Positions 17,931-27,507 of a stretch of 42,027 nucleotides of DNA are shown one piece after another. Location of the stretch: positions 1-42,027 of IMG/VR virus record IMGVR_UViG_3300031965_000067; one strand, 5' to 3'. Positions within the stretch are counted from its first letter, which is position 1; each line of letters begins with the position of its first letter. The notes beneath the pieces are model-generated. The model ran no database searches, had not been told where the DNA came from, and saw only the letters and a program-made list of their open reading frames with translations. The position numbers were made by a program, and so were the translations under genes. The DNA is from a virus. Taxonomy: Duplodnaviria > Caudoviricetes.

Positions 17931-18569
17931 TTATTCTGCAAATGGGATATTTTTGTTTGTCCTGATTCCGATGGAACGAATTTCCAATGGTCCAGAACCG
18001 GAAGTAGAGTCATTTCTAAAAATTAAGAGAGTCACTTTGTCTTTAGCCGATAATGAGACCGCTGAGAAATCAACCTCAAGGGTTTCAAATGAGCCTGAAT
18101 CAACGCTTACATCGGCCAGGGTTGTGCTCGCTGTGTCGTTTTGTAAAAGTGTCACCCCGAGGAAGGTATCGGTAGCTACATTGGCAGGTGCGGAGGCAAC
18201 AATAACCAAATCCCCGCCCGAAATGAAACCATCAGGAAGGGAGACAACATAGGCAGTTCTGGAAATAACTCCATCTTCAAGACGTAACTTTATGTCCCCG
18301 GTTAAGCTCGCAACTTGAACTAAAATCGGGTCGCTTGCGGTAGCCGAAAACGCCAATAGGAAAGGGGTGTTCGAGCAAACTATCCCCGTGGTTATTGGAA
18401 TTTGCAACCATTCCAGATGTTGAATGGAACGATCCGATTTCTGAATCCTGAAACTGGAATAGTCTCGGTCATCGATTGACCGAACGTTGTTGGTGTAGTC
18501 CCCTGCCCATGCCTGGGGAAGAACCCCAAGCAATAGGCCAAGAATTACTTTTTTAAGATTTCTTACCAT
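17931..18569 (-). CDS. Signal-peptide beta-rich protein in head module
   Basis: MVRNLKKVILGLLLGVLPQAWA-GD, A-x-A cleavage site. Confidence 0.8.
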   Translation of the reverse strand: MVRNLKKVILGLLLGVLPQAWAGDYTNNVRSIDDRDYSSFRIQKSDRSIQHLEWLQIPITTGIVCSNTPFLLAFSATASDPILVQVASLTGDIKLRLEDGVISRTAYVVSLPDGFISGGDLVIVASAPANVATDTFLGVTLLQNDTASTTLADVSVDSGSFETLEVDFSAVSLSAKDKVTLLIFRNDSTSGSGPLEIRSIGIRTNKNIPFAE

Positions 18570-18732
18570 TTTCTGTCCCCTTCTTTTCGGACTCGGCTAC
18601 TTTTTTGAAAAAACCAAAATGAACCCACTTCCCGTTATTGTGTTTTTTTGTACCACCAACTTCCACCAATGACGGATCTTTCAGTGCTTTGAGAATTTTC
18701 TCTTTCCCTTCGATTTCAATTACTTCTGACAT
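18553..18732 (-). CDS. Small hypothetical protein after capsid gene (59 aa)
   Basis: Hand-translated MSEVIEIEGKEKILKALKDPSLVEVGG...; AGGAG SD. Confidence 0.7.
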   Translation of the reverse strand: MSEVIEIEGKEKILKALKDPSLVEVGGTKKHNNGKWVHFGFFKKVAESEKKGTENGKKS

Positions 18733-18744
18733 TTGATTCTCCTA

Positions 18745-19761
18745 TTAACTTGTAGCAAAGTTAGCACCGACAACATTCTGCCATGCCTTTATAAGGCTGC
18801 CGTATGCTACCTCCATCCGAAGGTGGTAGCAGTCGGTATCGTTATTTATCCATGATTTGAACCTGGGTTGCTCCTGGTCGAAAATTTCCCATGAGCCGTC
18901 CGCAGCATAAAGAAACCAAGCATCTGCATCGTCCAAAAAAGGGCTTAATGCCATATCAACAATTTCGAAATTTGGGTTAGCGCCGTTATTTACATCCCCT
19001 GGAAGTCCAACAGAAGTCTTAAGGATTTGAAAAGCATCGCTTCGAAGTGAAGGAGGTACGACTAAATGAGTCGGGAGCCTCATTGTCTTTTCCCCAGCGT
19101 CATTGTAAGCGTTATCCATCGTTAGCTTCTGGTATGCAGTCTCGAAGTTTTCAGATGTAAGATTTTGTCCTGTCGAACCTAATCCATTGTTGAAAGCATT
19201 GGTGCTCAGGTGGGGAGGCTTTTTTAAGAGGGTTCGAGGACTTGCAGCCAGATTGAAAAGTGGTGACCCATCGTATAGCAGTCCACCATTCTTGTCCTCC
19301 TGTACGTCGTTTGTTCCGTCGAAAATAGGATCGCCTGCCGTCAACCCACCTTTGTTAAAATGGTCAAAAGCAAAGGTCTCAAGGTCCAAATGATATCTGT
19401 TGATGGCTGCTTGAGTCCAATCTCTAATATAGTTTTTTAATTCGTCCGAAGGTCTTCGAACGTCCAGGCCGTTGGTGAACCTGTCTGGGATTTTAGTGCC
19501 AGCTGTGTAGAGCTCTTTCTTACCAAAAACTCTTCGGCCACTGGTTGGGTCGGTATACACCAATGGTTCTCCATCAATTCTTTTTTGGAAATTGATGTTG
19601 TGGGTAGCACTGGAAATCATTATTTCCCTGCCTGGGATGTTCACCGATCTAAAAAGCTCCCTATATTTAGGTTGGTAGGGTCTTTCCTCATTTTCGATAA
19701 AATAAACCTTGTCGGCGGTTGTCTCAATAAAATCAGATAATTCTTTTCTTGCATTAGCCAT
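18745..19761 (-). CDS. Major capsid protein (Mu gpT-like, HK97 fold)
   Basis: LYDGSPLF, PTHLVVPPSL..A..IL, NPN, SPFLDDADAWFL, G..AWQ motifs. Confidence 0.9.
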   Translation of the reverse strand: MANARKELSDFIETTADKVYFIENEERPYQPKYRELFRSVNIPGREIMISSATHNINFQKRIDGEPLVYTDPTSGRRVFGKKELYTAGTKIPDRFTNGLDVRRPSDELKNYIRDWTQAAINRYHLDLETFAFDHFNKGGLTAGDPIFDGTNDVQEDKNGGLLYDGSPLFNLAASPRTLLKKPPHLSTNAFNNGLGSTGQNLTSENFETAYQKLTMDNAYNDAGEKTMRLPTHLVVPPSLRSDAFQILKTSVGLPGDVNNGANPNFEIVDMALSPFLDDADAWFLYAADGSWEIFDQEQPRFKSWINNDTDCYHLRMEVAYGSLIKAWQNVVGANFATS

Positions 19762-19771
19762 TTCTTACTCC

Positions 19772-20260
19772 TTATGACCCAATGCCATATTTGGCTGGAT
19801 TTATGTAAACTCGGACAATATTGGCTGCAATTTCTTCTGGAGTGGGTGGTAAAACAAAGAGGAAGCTTTTTGTCCCAGTGTTGGTTAAATCGGCAGACTG
19901 GATACCGCTTGAAACCGAGATATTTATAGGTTTACCTACATCAGTGACAGCTAATGTCTGTCCGCTTGCAACCGGCAAAAGAAACGCTGCCCCAGGCCCA
20001 TAGGTCAGAAACTCGTAACTTGTGGTTATTGTCGGAACGGTTAGGAGATTACTAACGATGTTTGCGTCACTAAGCTTGAAACCTACATCGACCCACCCGG
20101 TTAAGGTGTCATCAGTTGCGGTTAATTGCGTGGCCTTTCCGCTTGAAATTTTATAAAAATACCCGCTCGCACCGACTCCCCATGTGCTCGCACCTGCCAA
20201 CTGAATCCTGCCCATTGCAGAACCAAAGGCGACTTGACCCCTGTTTAAACTTAATGACAT
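19772..20260 (-). CDS. Capsid decoration/cement protein
   Basis: Between scaffold and MCP; small beta-rich, LAVTDVGK motif. Confidence 0.7.
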   Translation of the reverse strand: MSLSLNRGQVAFGSAMGRIQLAGASTWGVGASGYFYKISSGKATQLTATDDTLTGWVDVGFKLSDANIVSNLLTVPTITTSYEFLTYGPGAAFLLPVASGQTLAVTDVGKPINISVSSGIQSADLTNTGTKSFLFVLPPTPEEIAANIVRVYINPAKYGIGS

Positions 20261-20271
20261 TTTGCCACTCC

Positions 20272-20889
20272 TTATCTTTTCAGATTTTCAACCGCTTTTT
20301 TCCATGTAGATGGACTTTCAGTTTTAATTTCAATAGCCCTTTCCGTGCTCCAACCATACTTCCTAGCGATAATTTGATCATCAGCCGTCAAGGTCATACC
20401 TGTATCTTTAGGTGGATTAAATGAAGGTTGGGATGTTTGGGCATGTCCCTTTTCAGAACCGGTGCCGGTTATGAGGGTTCCGTTCTTATCCCACCATTCC
20501 AGGCGGGCCTCTGGCTCCATTACCTTTAGCTGCTCAAGTATTGGGCCGAACACTCCCCTTTTATCTTCGGGGAGCGCCTCTATCTTCGAGGACCATTTCA
20601 AATCTAGGGATTCCTTTCTTTTCAGGTCCCTCTCTTCGAGAGATTTCAGGCGTTCTTCGAGGCTCTTCTTTTCGGCCTCCAGGGTTAAAAAATCCTTTCC
20701 CCCATCCTGGGGTTGAATTGTTTCCCTGATTTTCTTTTTCAGGGTGTCCCTTTGCTCTCGAACCTTGTCGAACTCACCTTTGAATTTATCTCTTTCAGCT
20801 TCGAGGAGTTTTATTCTCTCCTCGGTTGTCGGTTCTGTTTTTTTCTCCCCTTCCAGGGATTCCAATTTTTCGGCTATGCTATCCGGCAT
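20272..20889 (-). CDS. Capsid scaffolding protein
   Basis: Charged coiled coil, C-terminal LTADDQIIARKYGWS helix; position. Confidence 0.75.
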   Translation of the reverse strand: MPDSIAEKLESLEGEKKTEPTTEERIKLLEAERDKFKGEFDKVREQRDTLKKKIRETIQPQDGGKDFLTLEAEKKSLEERLKSLEERDLKRKESLDLKWSSKIEALPEDKRGVFGPILEQLKVMEPEARLEWWDKNGTLITGTGSEKGHAQTSQPSFNPPKDTGMTLTADDQIIARKYGWSTERAIEIKTESPSTWKKAVENLKR

Positions 20890-20925
20890 ATCCTTCTCCT
20901 TTTATATTGTATTTTTTTTGGTTTG

Positions 20926-21783
20926 TCAAACGATGAAATCCGGTAAAGAACCTATTGAACACCTACAATTAGGGTGACGGCCAGGCAAACCGAACCTTCC
21001 AATAAGCTCATTTATCTTGATTGGACCCGCTTCCGTGGCTGGGGCACACAAAACCTGATCCGTACGATTATCCATGGGATTAAAATTTTGAACAAGATAA
21101 TTCCCTCCAAAAGCTTGCTTGGATAATTTGTCCATTACCTTTGCGTTTATCTTTGTGGTTTCGGTGCGGTAAATAAACCGTGCCCTTGCGTCGGCGGAAA
21201 GCCTGTACCGTCCCCCGTCAACTCTAACCTTGTCGATTGCTGGAATTTTGGCTGTCATTTCGTTAATTAACTGTTCAGGGGTCGCTCCACCCAGGGACAT
21301 TCTTATTAAACCCTGCTGGATAACGTCTGATATCTCCCTGGTTGAGTCACCGTAAATTTTAATAGCCGCCCTGGTCACTTCTTGGATGTAAGGTTTGTCA
21401 GTGAGTGCAAATTCAGCACTCAGGCCCATTTTTTGAAGCTCTTTAACCCAGGCGTTAAATTCTTTTCTATTAACATTTTCGGCTTCCAAAGAACTGGTAA
21501 CAAAAGCCTTGGTGCCCGATAAAATTATCCCTTCAATAATTCTTTCTATCCCTTTGCGTCTAGCGATTATCTGGTCAAGATTCCTTGGAGAGTTTTCAAT
21601 TTTACCATCCTCAACAGCCAACCCTTTAACAACTAAAAGGATTTGATTTTCGATATCTTCAAGACCTTTTTGCAATCCTATCAGGAGATTCTTTTCCCCC
21701 CGGCTCTGAACGTCACCTAACTTTTCATTCAGATTTTCACCCATCTTTTTGAATTTTTTTAGGAGCTGCGCTTTGGAAATCAT
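20926..21783 (-). CDS. Head morphogenesis / minor capsid protein (SPP1 gp7, Mu F family)
   Basis: RARFIYRTE, DNRT..C, HPNCRCS. Confidence 0.85.
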   Translation of the reverse strand: MISKAQLLKKFKKMGENLNEKLGDVQSRGEKNLLIGLQKGLEDIENQILLVVKGLAVEDGKIENSPRNLDQIIARRKGIERIIEGIILSGTKAFVTSSLEAENVNRKEFNAWVKELQKMGLSAEFALTDKPYIQEVTRAAIKIYGDSTREISDVIQQGLIRMSLGGATPEQLINEMTAKIPAIDKVRVDGGRYRLSADARARFIYRTETTKINAKVMDKLSKQAFGGNYLVQNFNPMDNRTDQVLCAPATEAGPIKINELIGRFGLPGRHPNCRCSIGSLPDFIV

Positions 21784-21784
21784 C

Positions 21785-22018
21785 TTAAATTTTTTGGTTC
21801 ATCAGACTTTTAAAATCTCTGTCCCAATCGTCAAAATCCGAGTCTAAATATTTAATTGCGACCCTAATTCCCAAACCCCCCAAACTTAGCCAAACTAAAA
21901 TAATGTCATCCTGCTTTATCCAAAAAGAGGCGGCCCAAATTGCTGCCTGCTCTGCCTCTGGAAATGTTCCAACGAGAGTTTTTAGGGAATTCCAGTCAAT
22001 TTTTAATATCCCGTTCAT
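21785..22018 (-). CDS. Small hypothetical protein
   Basis: GAGG SD, ATGA coupling. Confidence 0.65.
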   Translation of the reverse strand: MNGILKIDWNSLKTLVGTFPEAEQAAIWAASFWIKQDDIILVWLSLGGLGIRVAIKYLDSDFDDWDRDFKSLMNQKI

Positions 22019-22656
22019 TTTATTACCTCGAACCCATTTACGTAGCCGTCAAAACCGTCGATGATTGTACCACTTAAATCATCTTGAATTGTCAAAGAAA
22101 TCTCTTGGGTTGAACCTCCTTCAAGTTTTATCCCAAAGGGTGGAATGAAGTCTCTAAAATCAATCATAATAATTAACCCCTCGGATAAGCCAACAATGTT
22201 CGCCAGCTCGTTAAAAACCGATCCGACCCCAAAAGGACGATTAAAATTAGCCATCCTAAAAAAATCATAATTGGTTCTGAGGGGAATCCCGTGAATGTCC
22301 ACAAACTCTCGACCGGAAAAGTATTGAAACAAGCAGCCATTGGTTAAAGCCGTTGAATTACCAAATTTATTCATCACCGGACCCGAATCGGAGATGACTA
22401 TGGAAGCCATTGTCAGATATCGGTCTCTTGATGAGTGAGCCAGAACTTTGAATTTTTGGGGAGTGGAAGAGCCATCAACAAGCATACTGGTGGCTCCCGA
22501 ATCGGAACCGTCCAGGGTTAAATATTTTTTGAAAATTATTCTATTCTCTAAAACATCGGGAGGGCCTGGAAGAATTGAGGCTAACCCATCTCCTCGGCTT
22601 CCAATGTTCCAGGAATGACCTTTTCTTCCACCCTTTACAATCGTTTCAATGGGCAT
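22015..22656 (-). CDS. Putative virion structural protein
   Basis: Likely start MPIETIVKGG; beta-rich; head module. Confidence 0.65.
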   Translation of the reverse strand: MPIETIVKGGRKGHSWNIGSRGDGLASILPGPPDVLENRIIFKKYLTLDGSDSGATSMLVDGSSTPQKFKVLAHSSRDRYLTMASIVISDSGPVMNKFGNSTALTNGCLFQYFSGREFVDIHGIPLRTNYDFFRMANFNRPFGVGSVFNELANIVGLSEGLIIMIDFRDFIPPFGIKLEGGSTQEISLTIQDDLSGTIIDGFDGYVNGFEVIK

Positions 22657-22658
22657 TT

Positions 22659-23213
22659 TTAAACGCTTTCGGAATCCAGTTGCCCGAAATGAAGGGCAAG
22701 GTTTACGTTCAAAGTTCCCGTACTTGGAACCCATCTCAGACCAATAGCCGATCCTTGAGGGAGAATAATGTGGCTTTGAGGCTCGTAATGATTATTTATC
22801 CCGGTAAAAGTTTCCATCGGATAAACTATTTCCGTCTCGGTTGGAGCCGTGATTCCGGTAATGGCCCCTCTTTGAACCGTTGCATTTGGTTTATTTGTGA
22901 GCCCAAAGTTTTTGTTCACAAATTTTGGAACGGTCCCACCTGCTGGAATTCCGGTCGCTCTAAAAATCTCCAGCCTGCCAGCTACACTGGTTACTAGCCT
23001 CATATCGGAGATCCAAATGGGATTGGTATCGGTATTTTCGTAAAAAAAGATAACCTGGTTTGCTCCGGCTACAGTAACATCGAAATTGATCGCCCATGCC
23101 TGACCGAAAAGGTTGGCCTGGGCGTTATCGTTTATGTTCGTGCAAAAAACTTTTAAGTTATGGTTATTATCCACAGCTGCTGAACGGCCGTGTCTTGCGT
23201 CACTAATTATCAT
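22659..23213 (-). CDS. Putative virion structural protein
   Basis: Likely start MIISDARHG; C-terminal IILPQGSAIGLR. Confidence 0.65.
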   Translation of the reverse strand: MIISDARHGRSAAVDNNHNLKVFCTNINDNAQANLFGQAWAINFDVTVAGANQVIFFYENTDTNPIWISDMRLVTSVAGRLEIFRATGIPAGGTVPKFVNKNFGLTNKPNATVQRGAITGITAPTETEIVYPMETFTGINNHYEPQSHIILPQGSAIGLRWVPSTGTLNVNLALHFGQLDSESV

Positions 23214-23385
23214 CTTCCACCACCCCTTTATCGTCGGTAATATATTCAAGGTAAAATAAAATTTTTGAAAGCTTTTCGTTTATTTCGTTCAAAACGGAGA
23301 GGGTTTCTGGGAGCCTTTTATCTGATATCTGCTCGGTTTCTTGCTCTAACTTTTGGTGAGGTAAAAAGGTCATACTATCCACCAC
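23203..23385 (-). CDS. Small hypothetical protein
   Basis: 60-aa ORF overlapping both neighbours. Confidence 0.6.
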   Translation of the reverse strand: MVDSMTFLPHQKLEQETEQISDKRLPETLSVLNEINEKLSKILFYLEYITDDKGVVEDDN

Positions 23386-24260
23386 CTTGAGCCGTCAGAG
23401 CTTAATCTTACACTTTCCCATTGCTCCATAATTCTTATAAAATCTTCACCCACAATTTTCTCCTTTGTTTGAGCGTAAATTCTTATTTGATTGCCTGGGT
23501 GGTGGTCGATTCGATTAAAAACGTAAACTCTCATTTTTGCAAGGCTCGCAGTTGGGAGAGTGATATTAAAAGCACCTTCCGAGCCGTCCACGATGTAGCT
23601 TTCATTTTCCCTAAATTGGATATCATGGGTTTCGGTCAAAATATTCGGGTTCCACCGGATAAAATTAGAGGCCCCAGATGCTCCGCCGCCTTGTGGTGCT
23701 GGCAATTTTATCCAATCTCCCCATCTTCCATCCGGTTTCTCGAACCGAAATTGATAATTTCTTTGGTCGATTTCATGGGCCGGGGGAAAACCCCTCTCAC
23801 CCGTCTCCCCAGGTTCTCCATTTTTCCCCCCTTTCCCTTCCTTGCCGGGTTCCCCGGGCTCTCCCTTTTCCCCTCGTTGTCCCCTTTTGCCCTCCTCTCC
23901 AGGCTCCCCCTGAACGGCTTGCGGAATAAACGGGGTAATGGAATCTACAATCTCTTTTAGGGTTGGTGCTTTGCCATTTTTGCCGGGTTGCCCGTCGAAC
24001 CCTTGGGGGCCTACTTCCCCCTGGACACCTCGTTCCCCAAGGTCTCCCTTTTCCCCCTGAATACCCTGGATACCTTGTTCTCCCTTTTCCCCTTTGTCTC
24101 CTCTTTCGCCCTTAGGCCCTTCCAGGTTTCCAAGAGTTCGCCAAACTTTGCCGTTAAAAAATTTAAGATCCCCAGTCGGGGACAATTTAAAAAAATCAAT
24201 AATGCTCAATCTTTGGGATTCATCGGGCTCAATTTTTCGGAGCCTAATCAGATTCTTCAT
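23370..24260 (-). CDS. Collagen-like (Gly-X-Y) fibre protein
   Basis: Two G-X-Y tracts; C-terminal YIVDGSEGAFNITLP...SVRLSSDGSRWWIV fibre-tip-like domain. Confidence 0.85.
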   Translation of the reverse strand: MKNLIRLRKIEPDESQRLSIIDFFKLSPTGDLKFFNGKVWRTLGNLEGPKGERGDKGEKGEQGIQGIQGEKGDLGERGVQGEVGPQGFDGQPGKNGKAPTLKEIVDSITPFIPQAVQGEPGEEGKRGQRGEKGEPGEPGKEGKGGKNGEPGETGERGFPPAHEIDQRNYQFRFEKPDGRWGDWIKLPAPQGGGASGASNFIRWNPNILTETHDIQFRENESYIVDGSEGAFNITLPTASLAKMRVYVFNRIDHHPGNQIRIYAQTKEKIVGEDFIRIMEQWESVRLSSDGSRWWIV

Positions 24261-25755
24261 CGTCTTTTATCTCCTCCGTTTTACCCTCTTTCCCCTGGTA
24301 AAAATTGCCCTTATCGTCAGTGTAAACTTCAACCCCTGTGGCTTTTTTAAACATTTCGGCCACTTGCATTTCGAGGTTTTGTTTTTTAGCCTCTTCGTTT
24401 TCTTTTTGGATCTCTTCGATTTCTTCCTGCGGAATTCCTATTTTAGCCATTGCTTTTGCGTCAGTTGTCCAGCCCATAGATTTCTTTTTAATTTCGATAT
24501 CGATAACCTCTTGCAGGTTATCGGGCAGGTTTGAACCCATATCAACCGTTACCTGGTAATCAATAAAGATGGGATTATCCTGCCAAAGATTTAGGCCGTA
24601 ACTTATGGCCTTGGCTAACCCTGCCTCAATTTGCTTTTGTTCGGACCTAACTTTGCCCAAAAAAGATGAAAGCTTTAACTGGATTGCAAAACCTGACATG
24701 GCCGACAAACCCTGTTCAACTCCTGCGAGGTCAAATTCAGGAGCCTTTTTTTGGACGCTCGCATAAATTTCCCCGATGTTCTTCCAAAGGTCTGGGAGGT
24801 CTTGGTATTCCAGCAAATTAACTTCCCCCCCTTCTGGAATTTCTAAAATTTGCTCCAGGTCCATTTTTATCCCACCCGTTGGGGCTGCTGCATTTTTAAA
24901 AACGATTGTTGGGTGGCCATAAAAAGCGAGGACCCGCATTATGTCTCCAGCTATTTCGTTGACTTGGTCAATATCCGAAATGAGATGGGAGAAACAGTTA
25001 CGGCCATAATATTCCCCAGGGACCGGTAGATTTTTGATGTGGAAAACTGGGAGGATTCCCCAAGGGTTTACGGTCTCCATACTCGTTCCATCTGGCATTA
25101 TTGAGTTAAGTTTTTCAGCAGTAAAAACGCTTTGGAACTCAAGGGGGGCTCCGAATTCATCATTAGTTGAGTATTTGTAATCAATTTTATCAATTGTCTT
25201 AATATTGGTTGGGTTCGGCTTTATAAAAACATAATTTGGGTAAGGGGTGTCGAATTGGACTTTCCCATCCCTTCTTGTTGGCCAGATGTAAGCTTGTCCA
25301 GTCACCAAAGCTGAGTTTACCGTATCGCTTATAAGCTCTTCCCAAAACGGCTTAACCATTGCTTGGGCTTCCATGGTTAGACCTTCGTCGATTTCCCCGG
25401 TGGAAGGATTTTTGACCGATACCCCAGAAGGGGATGAGTTTAAAATTATGGCCTCTCGGTTTTTGGAGACAATGAAGGGGATGCAATTTAGTATTGCCCT
25501 GGTATTCCTTCGGAGCCCTTTGGCCTCGATCATCGTTCGCCCCCGGTTAATTTCCCCGTCCGCTCTCCTGGCGAAAAGGTAATCCATGGATTGGTAAATG
25601 TCGGAACCGTCTCGGGTTCCCAAGGCGTAAAGCCAGTACATTTTAAAAAGGGAAATTTGAATCTGCTCATCGAAAGAAAAGGTTACCAATGGATCTCTTT
25701 GATCCCCTGCTCTCATGCCATTTTCGAGACTGTCACTACTACTGCTGTTACCCAT
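24244..25755 (-). CDS. Portal protein (SPP1 gp6-like)
   Basis: NPWGILPVFHIKN..YGR..LISDIDQVN, SGFAIQLK; follows TerL. Confidence 0.9.
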   Translation of the reverse strand: MGNSSSSDSLENGMRAGDQRDPLVTFSFDEQIQISLFKMYWLYALGTRDGSDIYQSMDYLFARRADGEINRGRTMIEAKGLRRNTRAILNCIPFIVSKNREAIILNSSPSGVSVKNPSTGEIDEGLTMEAQAMVKPFWEELISDTVNSALVTGQAYIWPTRRDGKVQFDTPYPNYVFIKPNPTNIKTIDKIDYKYSTNDEFGAPLEFQSVFTAEKLNSIMPDGTSMETVNPWGILPVFHIKNLPVPGEYYGRNCFSHLISDIDQVNEIAGDIMRVLAFYGHPTIVFKNAAAPTGGIKMDLEQILEIPEGGEVNLLEYQDLPDLWKNIGEIYASVQKKAPEFDLAGVEQGLSAMSGFAIQLKLSSFLGKVRSEQKQIEAGLAKAISYGLNLWQDNPIFIDYQVTVDMGSNLPDNLQEVIDIEIKKKSMGWTTDAKAMAKIGIPQEEIEEIQKENEEAKKQNLEMQVAEMFKKATGVEVYTDDKGNFYQGKEGKTEEIKDDEESD

Positions 25756-27025
25756 TGTCCCTCACCGTCGTTGCCCGATTATGAACCACTCCCATAATTA
25801 CATACCTTAAGCCGTCGAGTCCATGGTCATTATCTTTTACGGGAATTTGGGTCCCAGGCTTGTAGCAGTAACTTTGTGCCTCGGCTTGGAGCTTCCTAGT
25901 TTTCTTCTCAATAAAATAGAGGTTGGGAATCCCTGAATCAGGTTTTTTTAGTAAAAGGGTTCTTACTTTTTCAATACCGTCTAAAACGTCCTTTTTCGCC
26001 AATCTTGCCTTGATTCCAACCTTAACCATTTCCCTAACGAAGTCGGGGCGGTTGTGGTCACAAAAGAAATTCTCGGGGTAATGCCTGGAGGATATTCTGG
26101 TAGCTTCGGCCAACACTTCAAGCTGATTGGCTTTGTAAAGGTAGGTCTCTTCAACAATAAAGTGGAAGCGTCTGGCGTAGTCAGAGGCCATGACAATAAA
26201 AACGGTTGGGTGGTCATCGGTTGCCCCGAAGTCTACGCCGACATTAACCATGGACCTTGAAAACCATTTAGGAAGCTCTTGGATTAGGTTATGCTTCCCG
26301 AACTCTTTGTAAATTGCTTCCCCTGGGGGTGTCTCTAAAGCCTCATAATTTCGCAGGAAAACATCTTCTGGCATTGAGGCCTTGGCTGCTTCAATTTCGG
26401 ATTCGGGTATGGTCCCAGCCTCCAGAGTTTTTGTCGTGAATTGGGTGTAATCCTCAAACCTCTTTTTAAGGGCTTCATCCTCAGAATTCGTCCAATCACA
26501 ATAATTTGAAAACCAGTGTCCATCATATCCAGGGGTCGAAATGATTAGTGACCGGCCCCCTCCAATTTCTGCACAATCCGAAAGCATGGGTCGGAGGGTT
26601 TCTTCCCATACCATATTATTTCTTAGATGTCTTGCCTCATCGAGGACAACCGCCCAAGCTCCTTCACCTTCAATACTTCCGGGATTATCGGCTCCGACAA
26701 AAAAAATGGAGCGACCATTTAACAAAATGACCTCGCGTCTGGTGAGGTTAAAATCGTAAATGGCCTTTCTGTATTCCCTGCAAAAGTGGGCAAAAACCTT
26801 CCTGGCTGTTTCAATAATCGGCGAAACCCAGAAGGATGGAATCTCAACTCTGACCGGAGAAAGACTCTCAGTTAAAAGCCACCGCCTAGCCCCTGTCGTT
26901 TTGCCTGACCTTCGGCCTGCTCTCCAGAGGGTAAATCGTTTACGGTTTAGATGGAGGATTCGCCTCTGCAAAGGAGTATAAAACTCAGTGTTAAAGAGGA
27001 CAATTTTGAGTGGGGGGGCTAACAC
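25748..27025 (-). CDS. terL: Terminase large subunit
   Basis: Walker A AGRRSGKT, Walker B VVLDEA, ISTP, GVDFG, DHGLDGLRY. Confidence 0.95.
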   Translation of the reverse strand: MLAPPLKIVLFNTEFYTPLQRRILHLNRKRFTLWRAGRRSGKTTGARRWLLTESLSPVRVEIPSFWVSPIIETARKVFAHFCREYRKAIYDFNLTRREVILLNGRSIFFVGADNPGSIEGEGAWAVVLDEARHLRNNMVWEETLRPMLSDCAEIGGGRSLIISTPGYDGHWFSNYCDWTNSEDEALKKRFEDYTQFTTKTLEAGTIPESEIEAAKASMPEDVFLRNYEALETPPGEAIYKEFGKHNLIQELPKWFSRSMVNVGVDFGATDDHPTVFIVMASDYARRFHFIVEETYLYKANQLEVLAEATRISSRHYPENFFCDHNRPDFVREMVKVGIKARLAKKDVLDGIEKVRTLLLKKPDSGIPNLYFIEKKTRKLQAEAQSYCYKPGTQIPVKDNDHGLDGLRYVIMGVVHNRATTVRDNG

Positions 27026-27496
27026 CTATCTTATCTCTATAGTCAGGTTCCCACTTCCGCCCTTTTCTTCGAGGGCTTTTTCCAGGGCTTTAATCTCCAG
27101 CTCTTTCCTTTTTACTTCAAGTTTTCTAAGCCGTAAATCCTCACCGTAAAGTCTGGTCCGTCTGCTTTGTTGCTTTTTTTCACGGAAAACCTTGTCGAGA
27201 TAAATGGCTGCGGTTATTGCCGCTGAATTGAGCTGGTCATCTGATCCAATGCCTTTTGTGGAGTAAAATCTTAGGAGCTTTTCAGCGTCATAAGCTCCGT
27301 AGCTTTGCCCCTTTTTAATGGAGTGCCAAAGCTCAAACCAAGGTCCACTACTTTCTTTTCTTTTTCTGTGGAGCGTTCTGAGCGGTATCGAAGTAGCTTC
27401 CGCTATTTCCTCAATTTTCGCCCCGTCCCTGGCTAACAATCCTGCCAGCCTTATCTCTTTAGCTCCGGGCATCCACCCTCGGCGGTTTGCTTTCAT
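27026..27496 (-). CDS. terS: Terminase small subunit
   Basis: N-terminal HTH (IEEIAEATSIPLRTLHR), AAIYL, coiled tail; abuts terL. Confidence 0.75.
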   Translation of the reverse strand: MKANRRGWMPGAKEIRLAGLLARDGAKIEEIAEATSIPLRTLHRKRKESSGPWFELWHSIKKGQSYGAYDAEKLLRFYSTKGIGSDDQLNSAAITAAIYLDKVFREKKQQSRRTRLYGEDLRLRKLEVKRKELEIKALEKALEEKGGSGNLTIEIR

Positions 27497-27507
27497 TGTC
27501 TGCCCCT

